This document shows, piece after piece, positions 1 through 9,000 of a DNA stretch of 64,000 bases. The translations under genes and the position numbers were made by a program. Position 1 is the stretch's first letter; each line of letters begins with the position of its first letter. This DNA comes from Bifidobacterium breve (GTDB taxonomy: Bacteria; Actinomycetota; Thermoleophilia; Gaiellales; F1-60-MAGs149), in the NCBI GenBank assembly GCA_945877865.1, contig CAMDVX010000001.1, forward strand, positions 18,728 through 82,727, read 5' to 3'. Under the pieces are notes generated by a model. The model worked only from the letters and a program-made list of their open reading frames with translations, did not search any database and was not told the origin of the DNA.

Positions 1-1
1 C

Positions 2-991
2 GAGGACCTCGGCATTCTGTTCCTCGATACCGGCCAGGCTCTGCTGGAGCACGAGGACCTCTTTCGCGAGCACTTCGCCTCGATCATTCCGTCTGCGGAC
101 AACAAGTTCTCGGCGCTCAATTCGGCCGTCTGGTCTGGTGGCTCCTTCATCTACGTGCCACCTGGCGTCAGGGTCGAGCAGCCGCTGCAGGCCTACTTCC
201 GCATCAACGCGGAGAACATGGGCCAGTTTGAGCGGACGCTGATCATCGTCGACGAAGGCGCCTACGTGCACTACGTCGAAGGCTGCACCGCACCGACCTA
301 CTCCTCGGACTCGCTTCACTCGGCCGTCGTGGAGATCCTCGTCAAGAAGGGCGGCCGCTGCCGCTACACGACGATTCAGAACTGGTCGAACAACGTCTAT
401 AACCTCGTCACCAAGCGTGCAGTTGCCGAGGAGGACGCCACGATGGAGTGGGTCGATGGCAACCTCGGCTCGAAGGTGACCATGAAGTACCCGGCGGTGA
501 TTCTCAAGGGCGAGCGCGCCCATGGCGAAATTCTGTCGATCGCGTTCGCTGGCGAGGGCCAGCACCAGGATGCCGGCGGCAAGGTGACCCACGTGGCGCC
601 GAATACCACGAGCGTGATTACCTCCAAGTCGATCTCGAAGGACGGCGGGCGATCCTCGTATCGCGGGCTCCTGCGCGTCAACAAGACCGCTGAGGGCTCT
701 AAGTCGAAGGTCGTCTGCGATGCGCTCATCATCGATCCCCAGTCGCGCACCGACACGTACCCGTACATCAACATCATGGCCGACCAGGTGGATATCGGGC
801 ACGAGGCCACCGTCTCGAAGCTCGGTGCTGAGCACATCTACTACCTGATGAGCCGAGGCCTCTCTGAGGCCGAAGCCTCGGCGCTGATCGTGGCCGGCTT
901 CGTTGAGCCGATTACCAAGGAGCTTCCGCTGGAGTACGCGGTCGAGCTGAACCGACTGATCCAGCTGCAGATGGAAGGCTCGGTCGGATGA
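2..991 (+). CDS. sufB: Fe-S cluster assembly protein SufB (5' end cut by window edge)
   Basis: Frame 2 is open from the window edge. The translation (...[26 protein letters not shown]...[17 protein letters not shown]...) matches the conserved SufB core. ATGA stop/start overlap with the next gene. Confidence 0.93.
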   Translation, partial: EDLGILFLDTGQALLEHEDLFREHFASIIPSADNKFSALNSAVWSGGSFIYVPPGVRVEQPLQAYFRINAENMGQFERTLIIVDEGAYVHYVEGCTAPTYSSDSLHSAVVEILVKKGGRCRYTTIQNWSNNVYNLVTKRAVAEEDATMEWVDGNLGSKVTMKYPAVILKGERAHGEILSIAFAGEGQHQDAGGKVTHVAPNTTSVITSKSISKDGGRSSYRGLLRVNKTAEGSKSKVVCDALIIDPQSRTDTYPYINIMADQVDIGHEATVSKLGAEHIYYLMSRGLSEAEASALIVAGFVEPITKELPLEYAVELNRLIQLQMEGSVG

Positions 992-2208
992 CGGCTTGGC
1001 TCGAGGAACGGCGCCGCACTGCGGCGGAGCAGAACGAGGCGCTCGCGATCCCGTCGGGCGCTGACGAGCATTGGCGCTTCACCTCGCTACGTGGCATCGA
1101 CTTCGCCGCCTACGCGAGCTCGGAGCAGGCAGCAGCTGGCAGTCCGGAGGGTGCGATCCTCGCGGATGGCGACCACGCGGGCCGTGTCGTCATGCGCGAC
1201 GGCGGCGTGGTGCTCGAGCAAATCGACCCGTCGGTTACCGCCCAAGGAGTGGTGTTCGGCTCCATCAAGCGTCTCGCTGCAGAGCGCGGCGACCTCGTTG
1301 AGCCAGTGCTGGGCACCATCGTCGGCTACGACGAGAAGTTCGCGGCCGAGAATGGCGCCCTCTGGACGGATGGGGCCTTGCTCCACGTTCCGGCTGGCGT
1401 CAAGGTTGAGCTGCCGTTCCACGTCGCCTACGAGATCGCGACGGAAGGTGCTGCGCAGCACTGGCGCTTGATCATTTCGCTGGGCGAGGGTTCGGAAGCG
1501 ACGCTCGTCGAAGAGCACCTGCCCGGACGCCCTGGCTATGCCAACGGTGTTGCAGAGCTCGTGGTTGCCGATCGCTCCCACCTGACGTACGTCGTGGTGC
1601 AGGATCGTCATGATCAGTCGCTGCACTTTGCCGCTCATCGTGCCGAGATTGGGCACGACGCCACCCTCGAGTGGGCAGCTTGCTCAACCGGTTCGAAGAC
1701 GGGCAAGACCCGCATGGAGACGCGGCTGATTGGCGCCGGCTCGACGGGTCGCTTGAGCGGGGTCTTCGTTGTCGACCAGAAGCGGCATCTCGACCTTGAT
1801 ACGACGCAGGAGCACGACGCACCAAATGCCATCTCCGACCTCGCCTTCAAGGGCGTCCTGCTCGACCAGGCCCGCTCGGTCTGGCGTGGCGTCATTCGCG
1901 TGGCAGAGGGAGCGCACGGCACGGATGCCTATCAGGAGAACCGCAATCTGCTGCTCTCTCCGAATGCGCGAGCCGACAGCATTCCGGGGCTTGAGATCGA
2001 CACGAACGATGTGCGCTGCACGCATGGCGCCACGGCTGGCCCGGTTGACCCCATGCTCAAGTTCTACCTGAGGAGCCGTGGCATTCCGCCCCTTGAGGCA
2101 GAGCGGATGATCGTGGAGGGCTTTCTTGAGGATGCGCTGGAGCGCATTCCGAATGAGCGCATTCGCACCGCGCTGACCACCGCGGTGATGCGGCGCATCC
2201 CGCTGTAG
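988..2208 (+). CDS. sufD: Fe-S cluster assembly protein SufD
   Basis: 406 aa, translationally coupled to sufB. The C-terminal beta-helix region ([32 protein letters not shown]...YLRSRGI) is typical of SufD. Confidence 0.88.
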   Translation: MTAWLEERRRTAAEQNEALAIPSGADEHWRFTSLRGIDFAAYASSEQAAAGSPEGAILADGDHAGRVVMRDGGVVLEQIDPSVTAQGVVFGSIKRLAAERGDLVEPVLGTIVGYDEKFAAENGALWTDGALLHVPAGVKVELPFHVAYEIATEGAAQHWRLIISLGEGSEATLVEEHLPGRPGYANGVAELVVADRSHLTYVVVQDRHDQSLHFAAHRAEIGHDATLEWAACSTGSKTGKTRMETRLIGAGSTGRLSGVFVVDQKRHLDLDTTQEHDAPNAISDLAFKGVLLDQARSVWRGVIRVAEGAHGTDAYQENRNLLLSPNARADSIPGLEIDTNDVRCTHGATAGPVDPMLKFYLRSRGIPPLEAERMIVEGFLEDALERIPNERIRTALTTAVMRRIPL

Positions 2209-2255
2209 GGCTGCGCTATCAGCGACTGCCGTTCGGGACGCACGGCGGGGGCGGG

Positions 2256-2570
2256 CTAGGTGTCGGATACCACGAGCAGCTGGCGCCAGACACCCATGTA
2301 GATCTCCTGCTGGTGGCTGTCGCGCAGCGCGTGCTTGAAGCTCAGGTAGGTGACGTCCGTCAGCAGGATGGCCACGGCTCTGGCCCAGTCTGTCCGGGTG
2401 GCTTCGATCTGCCAAGAGTAGTCGGCGCTGCTAATTGGTACCGGCCGGCTAGGCAGGAGCCCGTTCAGGCCCGTGCTGTCTGCGAAGCAGCGCGAGCGCA
2501 CGAGCAACGCATCGGGATCCGTTGGCTGGGCGGCGATCGAGTAGAAGCCGCGGGACATTAGAAGCCACAT
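2256..2570 (-). CDS. hypothetical protein (104 aa), last gene of the minus-strand block
   Basis: Third codon positions are mostly G/C and the amino-acid composition is balanced. It lies 30 nt downstream of the phosphatase gene on the same strand. I recognise no family. Confidence 0.45.
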   Translation of the reverse strand: MWLLMSRGFYSIAAQPTDPDALLVRSRCFADSTGLNGLLPSRPVPISSADYSWQIEATRTDWARAVAILLTDVTYLSFKHALRDSHQQEIYMGVWRQLLVVSDT

Positions 2571-2600
2571 GCAGAGTGGTCGCTCGGATGGCGATCTGCC

Positions 2601-3035
2601 TTACAGCACGAGCCCCGCAAGCCACTGCTCCTGCTCGGCCGTCTCGACGGCATCGCTGCGATAGTGGCTTCGAACGTACGCAACCGCGTGCGTTGGCTCG
2701 ATGCCGTCGATGATCGCGAGCACGCTGAGCGCACATCCGGTGCGCCCCCGGCCAGCGGCGCAGGAAACCTCGACACGGTCACAGGTGAGACGCTCGTGGA
2801 CGCTGCGCAGCGTGTCGATCGCGAGGATCGGATTGAGCGGGAGTCCGAAGTCGAGCCAGGGCAGCCACAGCTGCTCCCAGACGGTGACGGGGGGCTCATG
2901 GTCGAGCACGAAGACAGCGAGCGTCGGCGTGGCGCTCGCCTGCCGCCGCGCCCCACTGCCGCGCACGCGGCGTCCTGACGGCAGCACCAGCACGCCCGCT
3001 TCGTCGCTCCACCCTGCCGTGGCGTGGGCGGTCAC
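2601..3035 (-). CDS. small Cys-based protein phosphatase (PTP/dual-specificity type)
   Basis: CX5R P-loop VSCAAGRGRTG, preceded about 35 aa upstream by a WPD-like loop LPWLDFGLP. 144 aa, no signal peptide. Confidence 0.72.
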   Translation of the reverse strand: MTAHATAGWSDEAGVLVLPSGRRVRGSGARRQASATPTLAVFVLDHEPPVTVWEQLWLPWLDFGLPLNPILAIDTLRSVHERLTCDRVEVSCAAGRGRTGCALSVLAIIDGIEPTHAVAYVRSHYRSDAVETAEQEQWLAGLVL

Positions 3036-3041
3036 GAAGCG

Positions 3042-4643
3042 CTACCTCCGACGGAGCAGCACGAGGCTACGCGAGTCTGCAGCGACGGCGCCGTTTGCAG
3101 GCGAGAAGGTGGTGCGTACGGTCAGGCTTAGCCGCGCGCGCCGAATGAGGACTCGCACCGCGTCGTTCAGCACGCACCGAATCTGGTAGTCGCCCGCAGT
3201 CAGAACGCGGCGGCTGACGCTGCAGCGACGCTTTCCTCGCTGGTTGACGGTCTGTGCGATCGTGCCCGCGGCGGTGGCGGTCACCAGCGTGGTGATGATG
3301 ACCCCGCCCTGCGTCACGGTTACCTGCGGCTGCCTGATGGTCAGGGCCAGCTTGCCGAGCACCCGCTGCGGCGTGACCGGACTTGACGAGACCCCTGCGG
3401 CTCCGAGGCCTTGCTCGGTCCGGGCACGCACCGTGAACCGATAGGACGTCCCGTTCGCCAAGCCGGTAAAGTCACACGCGGTGACGCCGGTCGCCGTACA
3501 GGTGGCTCCGCCGGGCTCGGCAGTGACCAGGTAGTCAAGCACCGGCCGCCCGCCGCTATTGGCGGGGGCAACCCACGCCACGCGCGCTGAGCCGTCCCCC
3601 GCAGTGGCCGCTGTGGTCGTCGGCGCATCCGCGACCGTGTACGGGCAGAAGGCCACGCTTCGGGCCGCTGTCGTTGGCAGGTCGACGGCGGCGACGCGTT
3701 CGCCCCGCGGACTCAGGATGATGGCTGCTGACGGCTGCAGCGCGTAGACCGCCCTGCCGTCGGGGGTCACGGCGACCGAGCGCACGGGGTCGGTTGTGCC
3801 AAGCGAAACTGGCGGCGCTGATCCTGACGCAAGCGTGGTCACCGTTGAGGCGGACTCGGTGCCGAGGTAGACCTGGCTACCATCCGGCGCCATGGCGATG
3901 GCGAGCGGACGGTTTGGAGCGCTGGTGGCGTAGGGCGAAGGCGTCACTGCCGCATCCGTGGCGGTGGAGATAACCAGCGTGCTGCCGTCCTCCACTGCCA
4001 CCAAGATGCTCTCGCCATCTGCTCCGAGAGTGAGCGCGGTGGCATTCGCTAGCCCAGCAATGGGAATCGTCGTCTGCAGCGACAGCGAGTCGCGGACCGT
4101 TGACAGCGCGTAGAGCGTGCCGTTGTTCCGGGCGACGTAGAGCTTATCGCCAGCTCCGCTGACGCTGACGGCATTGAGATCTGCGCCGGGCACGGCGATC
4201 GCCGTGCCGACGGCAGCGTTCGTCACGGTGCTGATGATCGTGATCGTGCGAGCGGTCTGGTTTGCCACGTAGACGCGGGACCCATCGGGAGAGATCGCCA
4301 GGGCCGTGGCGTCTCCCACGCCTGCGGTGATCGTCGCGGTCACGGTGAAGGTCGACGTGTCAATGGCGTACACCACGTGGTTGGTCGAGTCGGTGACGTA
4401 CGCGTGCAGGCCATCCGGGGCAATGGCCACCGCCGCGAACTGCGCCCCCGCTGTCCCGAGCGTGAGCGGTGCGCCCACGACGGTCCCCGCTGTGCTGGAG
4501 ATGCGGATGAGCGTGCCGTCGCCTGTCGACACGAAGCCGGTGCCGAAGCAGCTAGCGCCCTGGGCTGCACTTGCAGCACACAGGAGGAGGAACACGGCGA
4601 GAGCTGGGAGCGCGTAGCGTGGTGCGTTCCGCATCAATCTCAC
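3042..4643 (-). CDS. secreted YVTN-type beta-propeller repeat protein with an FN3 domain
   Basis: N-terminal signal peptide (ALPALAVFLLLCAASAAQGA). Repeated ~40-aa units (LHAYVTDSTNHVVYAIDT, SRVYVANQTARTITIIST, DKLYVARNNGTLYALST, SQVYLGTESAS, RAVYALQPS). FN3-like segment (ARVAWVAPANSGGRPVLDYLVTA...GLANGTSYRFTVRA). Confidence 0.8.
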   Translation of the reverse strand: MRLMRNAPRYALPALAVFLLLCAASAAQGASCFGTGFVSTGDGTLIRISSTAGTVVGAPLTLGTAGAQFAAVAIAPDGLHAYVTDSTNHVVYAIDTSTFTVTATITAGVGDATALAISPDGSRVYVANQTARTITIISTVTNAAVGTAIAVPGADLNAVSVSGAGDKLYVARNNGTLYALSTVRDSLSLQTTIPIAGLANATALTLGADGESILVAVEDGSTLVISTATDAAVTPSPYATSAPNRPLAIAMAPDGSQVYLGTESASTVTTLASGSAPPVSLGTTDPVRSVAVTPDGRAVYALQPSAAIILSPRGERVAAVDLPTTAARSVAFCPYTVADAPTTTAATAGDGSARVAWVAPANSGGRPVLDYLVTAEPGGATCTATGVTACDFTGLANGTSYRFTVRARTEQGLGAAGVSSSPVTPQRVLGKLALTIRQPQVTVTQGGVIITTLVTATAAGTIAQTVNQRGKRRCSVSRRVLTAGDYQIRCVLNDAVRVLIRRARLSLTVRTTFSPANGAVAADSRSLVLLRRR

Positions 4644-4711
4644 AGTACCCGCAGCAGCCGCGTTCTCCTGCGTTGGCGCCGACGAAGGAGCCGAGCATCG
4701 GGGGTGCTCGA

Positions 4712-6037
4712 CTAGCGCTGCGCCCGCTCGTGGATGACGGCTGCGTGTGCTGGAAAACCCTCGTGGTCGGCAAGCGCGATGATGTCTGGCGCGAGCCGGT
4801 CGAGCGCAGCCGCGCTGGCGTGGGCGATCGAGATCGTCTTCGTAAACGCTGCAGCCGTGACGCCGCTGGTGACCTGCGCATAGCCGCTCGTCGGCAGCGA
4901 GGCCGGAATGCCGATCAGGTAGTTGGCGGCACTGAACGGCGTGTGCTGGCCGAGCAGCACCTCGCCGGCGTGCACGATCCCCGCGAGCACTGCTTCGTCA
5001 TCGGCAGTGGCGAGCTGCATGTGCTCGGGGGCGTAGGCGTTTGCGACCTCGATCGCCTCGCTCTGGTCGCGGACGAGGATGGCGCCGCCGATCGTGCCGA
5101 TGGCGCTCGCTGCGTACGTCCTGCGGGGCTCGGGCAGCTGCGCTAAGCGGCGGGCCAGTTCGGGCTGGACGCGGGCGATGACCTCCTCGCTCCACGTGAC
5201 GAGCACGCTTGCGGAGTCGGCTCCGTGCTCTGCCTCGTTGAGCAGGTCCGCGGCCAGCAGGCCGACGTCGCAGCTGTCGTCCGCGATGATCAGGCTCTCC
5301 GAGGCCGCAAGGATCTGCATGCCGCTAACCCCTCGCCGCTGGATCTCCAGCTGCGCGGACGCGACAGGAGGGCTGCCGGGCCCGAGGACCTTGCGGCAGG
5401 CTGGGATCGACTCGGTGCCGAAGGCCAGCGCCGCAACCCCGGCGGGTCCGTTGGCGCGGAAGACGTCGCGCAGCCCCAGCTCCGCTGCCACGACGAGCAC
5501 CGCCGGATCCACCTTGCCGGCAGAGCCCGGTAGCGGTGGGACGACGACGGCGATCTGAGGAACCCCTGCCACGACGGCGGGGGTACCGATCTGAATCAGC
5601 ACGCTCGGGAACGAGCCCTTGCCGCTCGGCACGAAGAGGCCGGCGCTGGCGATCGCCGTGCGCTTCTCGCCGACGATGAGGCCAGGGTCGAGCTCGTGGC
5701 GCCAGTCACCATGGCGCTGGACCAGCTCGTTGAAGCGGCGAGAGTGATCGATGCCGTGGCGGATGGCGGTCTGCACGGCGGCGGGAGTTTCGCGCCGGGC
5801 TGCTGCAAACTCTGCCTCGGAAACCCGCAGCCCAGCCGGCTCGACAGTGCAGCCGTCAAAGCGCGCAAGCGCTCTGCAGACGGCTGCGTCGCCGTCACGT
5901 CGTACCTCGTCCACCAGCTCGGCGATTGCGGCCTGCAGCGCCGGGTCGAAGATGTCGGCCAGGCCCCGCTCGAGGATTGCCGCTCGCGCCTCGTCATCCA
6001 GCTCCGACCAGCGGTGGATGACGAGGGGTGCGAGCAT
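4712..6037 (-). CDS. histidinol dehydrogenase-family NAD-dependent dehydrogenase (divergent paralogue)
   Basis: 441 aa with HisD-family motifs NEAEHGADS and YAPEHMQL and a C-terminal PAHAAV. Several canonical HisD positions differ (see findings). No other his genes are nearby. Confidence 0.8.
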   Translation of the reverse strand: MLAPLVIHRWSELDDEARAAILERGLADIFDPALQAAIAELVDEVRRDGDAAVCRALARFDGCTVEPAGLRVSEAEFAAARRETPAAVQTAIRHGIDHSRRFNELVQRHGDWRHELDPGLIVGEKRTAIASAGLFVPSGKGSFPSVLIQIGTPAVVAGVPQIAVVVPPLPGSAGKVDPAVLVVAAELGLRDVFRANGPAGVAALAFGTESIPACRKVLGPGSPPVASAQLEIQRRGVSGMQILAASESLIIADDSCDVGLLAADLLNEAEHGADSASVLVTWSEEVIARVQPELARRLAQLPEPRRTYAASAIGTIGGAILVRDQSEAIEVANAYAPEHMQLATADDEAVLAGIVHAGEVLLGQHTPFSAANYLIGIPASLPTSGYAQVTSGVTAAAFTKTISIAHASAAALDRLAPDIIALADHEGFPAHAAVIHERAQR

Positions 6038-6082
6038 TGCGTGCAGTCTAGGGCGTAGCTTGCTGAGAGGCCTGCGGCGGGC

Positions 6083-9000
6083 CTACCGCCCGGAGACGGC
6101 CTGAACTTGGATCCGGCCCCCGGCGATGATCACCTTGTTCGACTGCTCGGACAGGCCGTCGGCGCTGAGGATGCGGACGCGGAACACGATGCGTCGCCCC
6201 TTGCCGATGACGAGCCTCGGCTGCGCGGACGTGGTGGTCATGACGAGCTTGCCATCGCGATAGATCTTGTAGAGAGCGCCCCGTCCGCCGGTCAGCACGA
6301 GCTGGAGCTTGCCACCTACGAGCCTTGCCGCGGCAACGCGGGGAGCGACAGTGGTCTCAGCCGCCGAGTGCCCGCCAGCGGGGGGCCGAGGCGAGCCAGT
6401 GCCGGGCGCCGGCGCGGGCGCGGGCGGTAGCTGCGGGACGGATGAGGAGCCGATGAACAGCAGGGTGTTCGGCGAGCCAGGGCCGGGGTCGCCGACGATC
6501 CCGGACGAGCCGTTGATCGAGACGGCGGCGGCAATCTGGGCTGGCGTGGCGCCCGGCGAAGCCTCAAGGAGGAGTGCGACTGCACCGACGACGTGTGGCG
6601 TCGCCATCGACGTGCCCGACATCGTGGCGGTTGCCGTGGGCGAGTCGAGGCCTGCCGAGAGGATGTCGACGCCGGGCGCGAAGACGTCGACGCACGGGCC
6701 GAAGTTCGAGAAGCTCGCCCGCCGGTCGTTGCTGTCGGTTGCACCGACGGTGATCGCCGCAGGTGTCGAGGACGGTGAGCCCTCGCAGGCGTTCGCGTCC
6801 TCGTTGCCGGCCGCGACCACGACGGTGACGCCATCGGCGATCAGGCCATTGACGGCGGCGTTGAGGGCCTCGGAGTAGCCTCCACCGAGGCTCATGTTGG
6901 CCACGGCGGGCGCGCCGGCGACGTGGTCGCGGGCAACCCAATCGAGCCCGGCGATCACGTCCGACAGGTAGCCAGAGCCAGTGCAGTCGAGCACGCGCAC
7001 GGGGACGATGGCGACGGCCGGTGCGACGCCGTAGTCACGGCCGCCGACGGTACCGGCGACGTGCGTCCCGTGGCCGTAGCAGTCCTCACTGCCGTGGCCG
7101 TCGTCAGACCCATTGTTGACGCTGACGAAGCCGCTCTGGATGCGTCCGCTGAACTGCGTGTGCTCGGACCAGACACCCGTGTCGACGATGTAGGCCGTCA
7201 CCCCAGCGCCACCAACGACGCCAGCCGCGTCAAGGCTCATGATCCCATCGAGCGGCAGGCTCCGCTGGTCGATGCGGTCGAGGCCCCACGACGCCGCGGC
7301 CGTTCGCTTGCTGGTGCCCGGCGTGACCGGAGCCGATGGGGAGGAGTCGACGCTCGTTCCTGAGGCGTTGGTTGCCGTCACCGTAATCGTGTAGGCGGTG
7401 CCATTGGCAAGACCTCTGATCGTGCAGGTGCGGGCGCCGGACGAGGAGCAGGTCGCCGTGCCGGGGGTGGCCTTGGCGGTGTAGCCAGTGATGGTGCTGC
7501 CCCCGTTGGAGACCGGTGCGGACCACGAGGCGATGATCTGGGCATTGCCGGCTGTGCCAGTCGCGTTGGTCGGTGCGCTTGGCACACCAGCCTCCGCGAA
7601 GCTGCGGTTGAGCGTGGTGGCGCCGCGCGTGCCGCCGTAGCCATCGATGGCGATTGCGTAGGACGTGCCGCTGGTGACGGTGATCACCACGCGGCTCCAC
7701 AGTCCGCCGGCGTCGTCGTTGTCGGCGAGGCGGGCGAGGCCGGCGATGGTGGTGCCGGTGTAGATGCCGAGCAGCGTGTCGAAGGTGCTGCCTTGCGTCG
7801 TGAGGGTGAGGGTGCCGTTGGCGGGAGCAGTCCAGCGGTACCAGATCGAGGCGCTGCCGCCTGCTCCGCCGTGCGTTGGCTCGCCTGCCTCGCGTGTGGC
7901 GGATGCCGTGGAGCCAACGGTGGCTCCGGTCGGTCCGCTGAGGGCGATCGCGCCGGCCAGGGGATCGTTGGCGGGCGCGGGTGGCGCCACGGCAAACGAG
8001 CGGTTGAGCGTCGTGGTGCCGCGCGTGCCGCCGTAGCCGTCGATGGCGATCGCGTAGGACGTGCCGCTGGTGACGGACACCGTGACCGTGCTCCAGAGCC
8101 CGCCAGGTGCGTCGTCGTTGTCGGCGAGGCGGGTGAGGCCGGCGATGGTGGTGCCGGTGTAGATGCCGAGCAGCGTGTCGAAGGTGCTGCCCAGCGTGGT
8201 CAGCGTGAGGGTGCCGTTATCGGGAGCAGTCCAGCGGTACCAGATCGAGGCGCTGGCACCCGCCCCGCCGTGCGTCGGCTCGCCTGCCTCGCGCGTCGCA
8301 GAGGCCGTGGTGCCAGCGGTTGTGCCGGTCGCTCCGGTGACGGTGGCGGCGTCGGCTAGGTCGTCGTTCGAAAGCCCAACTGCTGGCGTGGCGGAGCTGG
8401 AGGCCGTGAAGGTCCCCTGCCCTGCGCTATTGACGGCCGCGACGCGGAAGGCGTACGACGATCCGTTCGTCAGTCCCGTGATCGTTGCGCCCGTCGTGCC
8501 GCTGACGCCATCGTTGACCGTGGTCCACGCACCGCCGCTGAGCGACTGCTGAATCACGTAGTCGATGATCAAGCTCCCGCCCGCGTCGGTGGGCACATCA
8601 AAGCTGAGCGTGACACGCGCATTGCCTGCGACTGCAGCAAGACGGCTTGGTGCGCCCGGCAGGGTGACGGGCGGTGAGGCGAGCGCGCGTGAGGCGAGCA
8701 GCAGGTTCGGCGAACCCGTGCCAGCGCCGGAGATGACCGACGCTGTGGCATTTGCGATCAGCCGAGTGCGGATCGTGGCGGGTGAGGCCGTGGGGTCTGC
8801 GGCCAGCAGCAGCGCTGCGGCACCGGCGACGTGCGGCGTCGCCATCGAGGTGCCGGAGATCGTGTTCGTCGCGATCGTCGATGTCCACCACGAGGAGAGG
8901 ATGCCGGAGCCGGGCGCGAAGATGTCGAGGCACGTCCCGTAGTTGGAGTAGTAGGCCCGGGCATCCGTGCTGTCGGTCGCGCCAACGGTGATCGCGGCAG

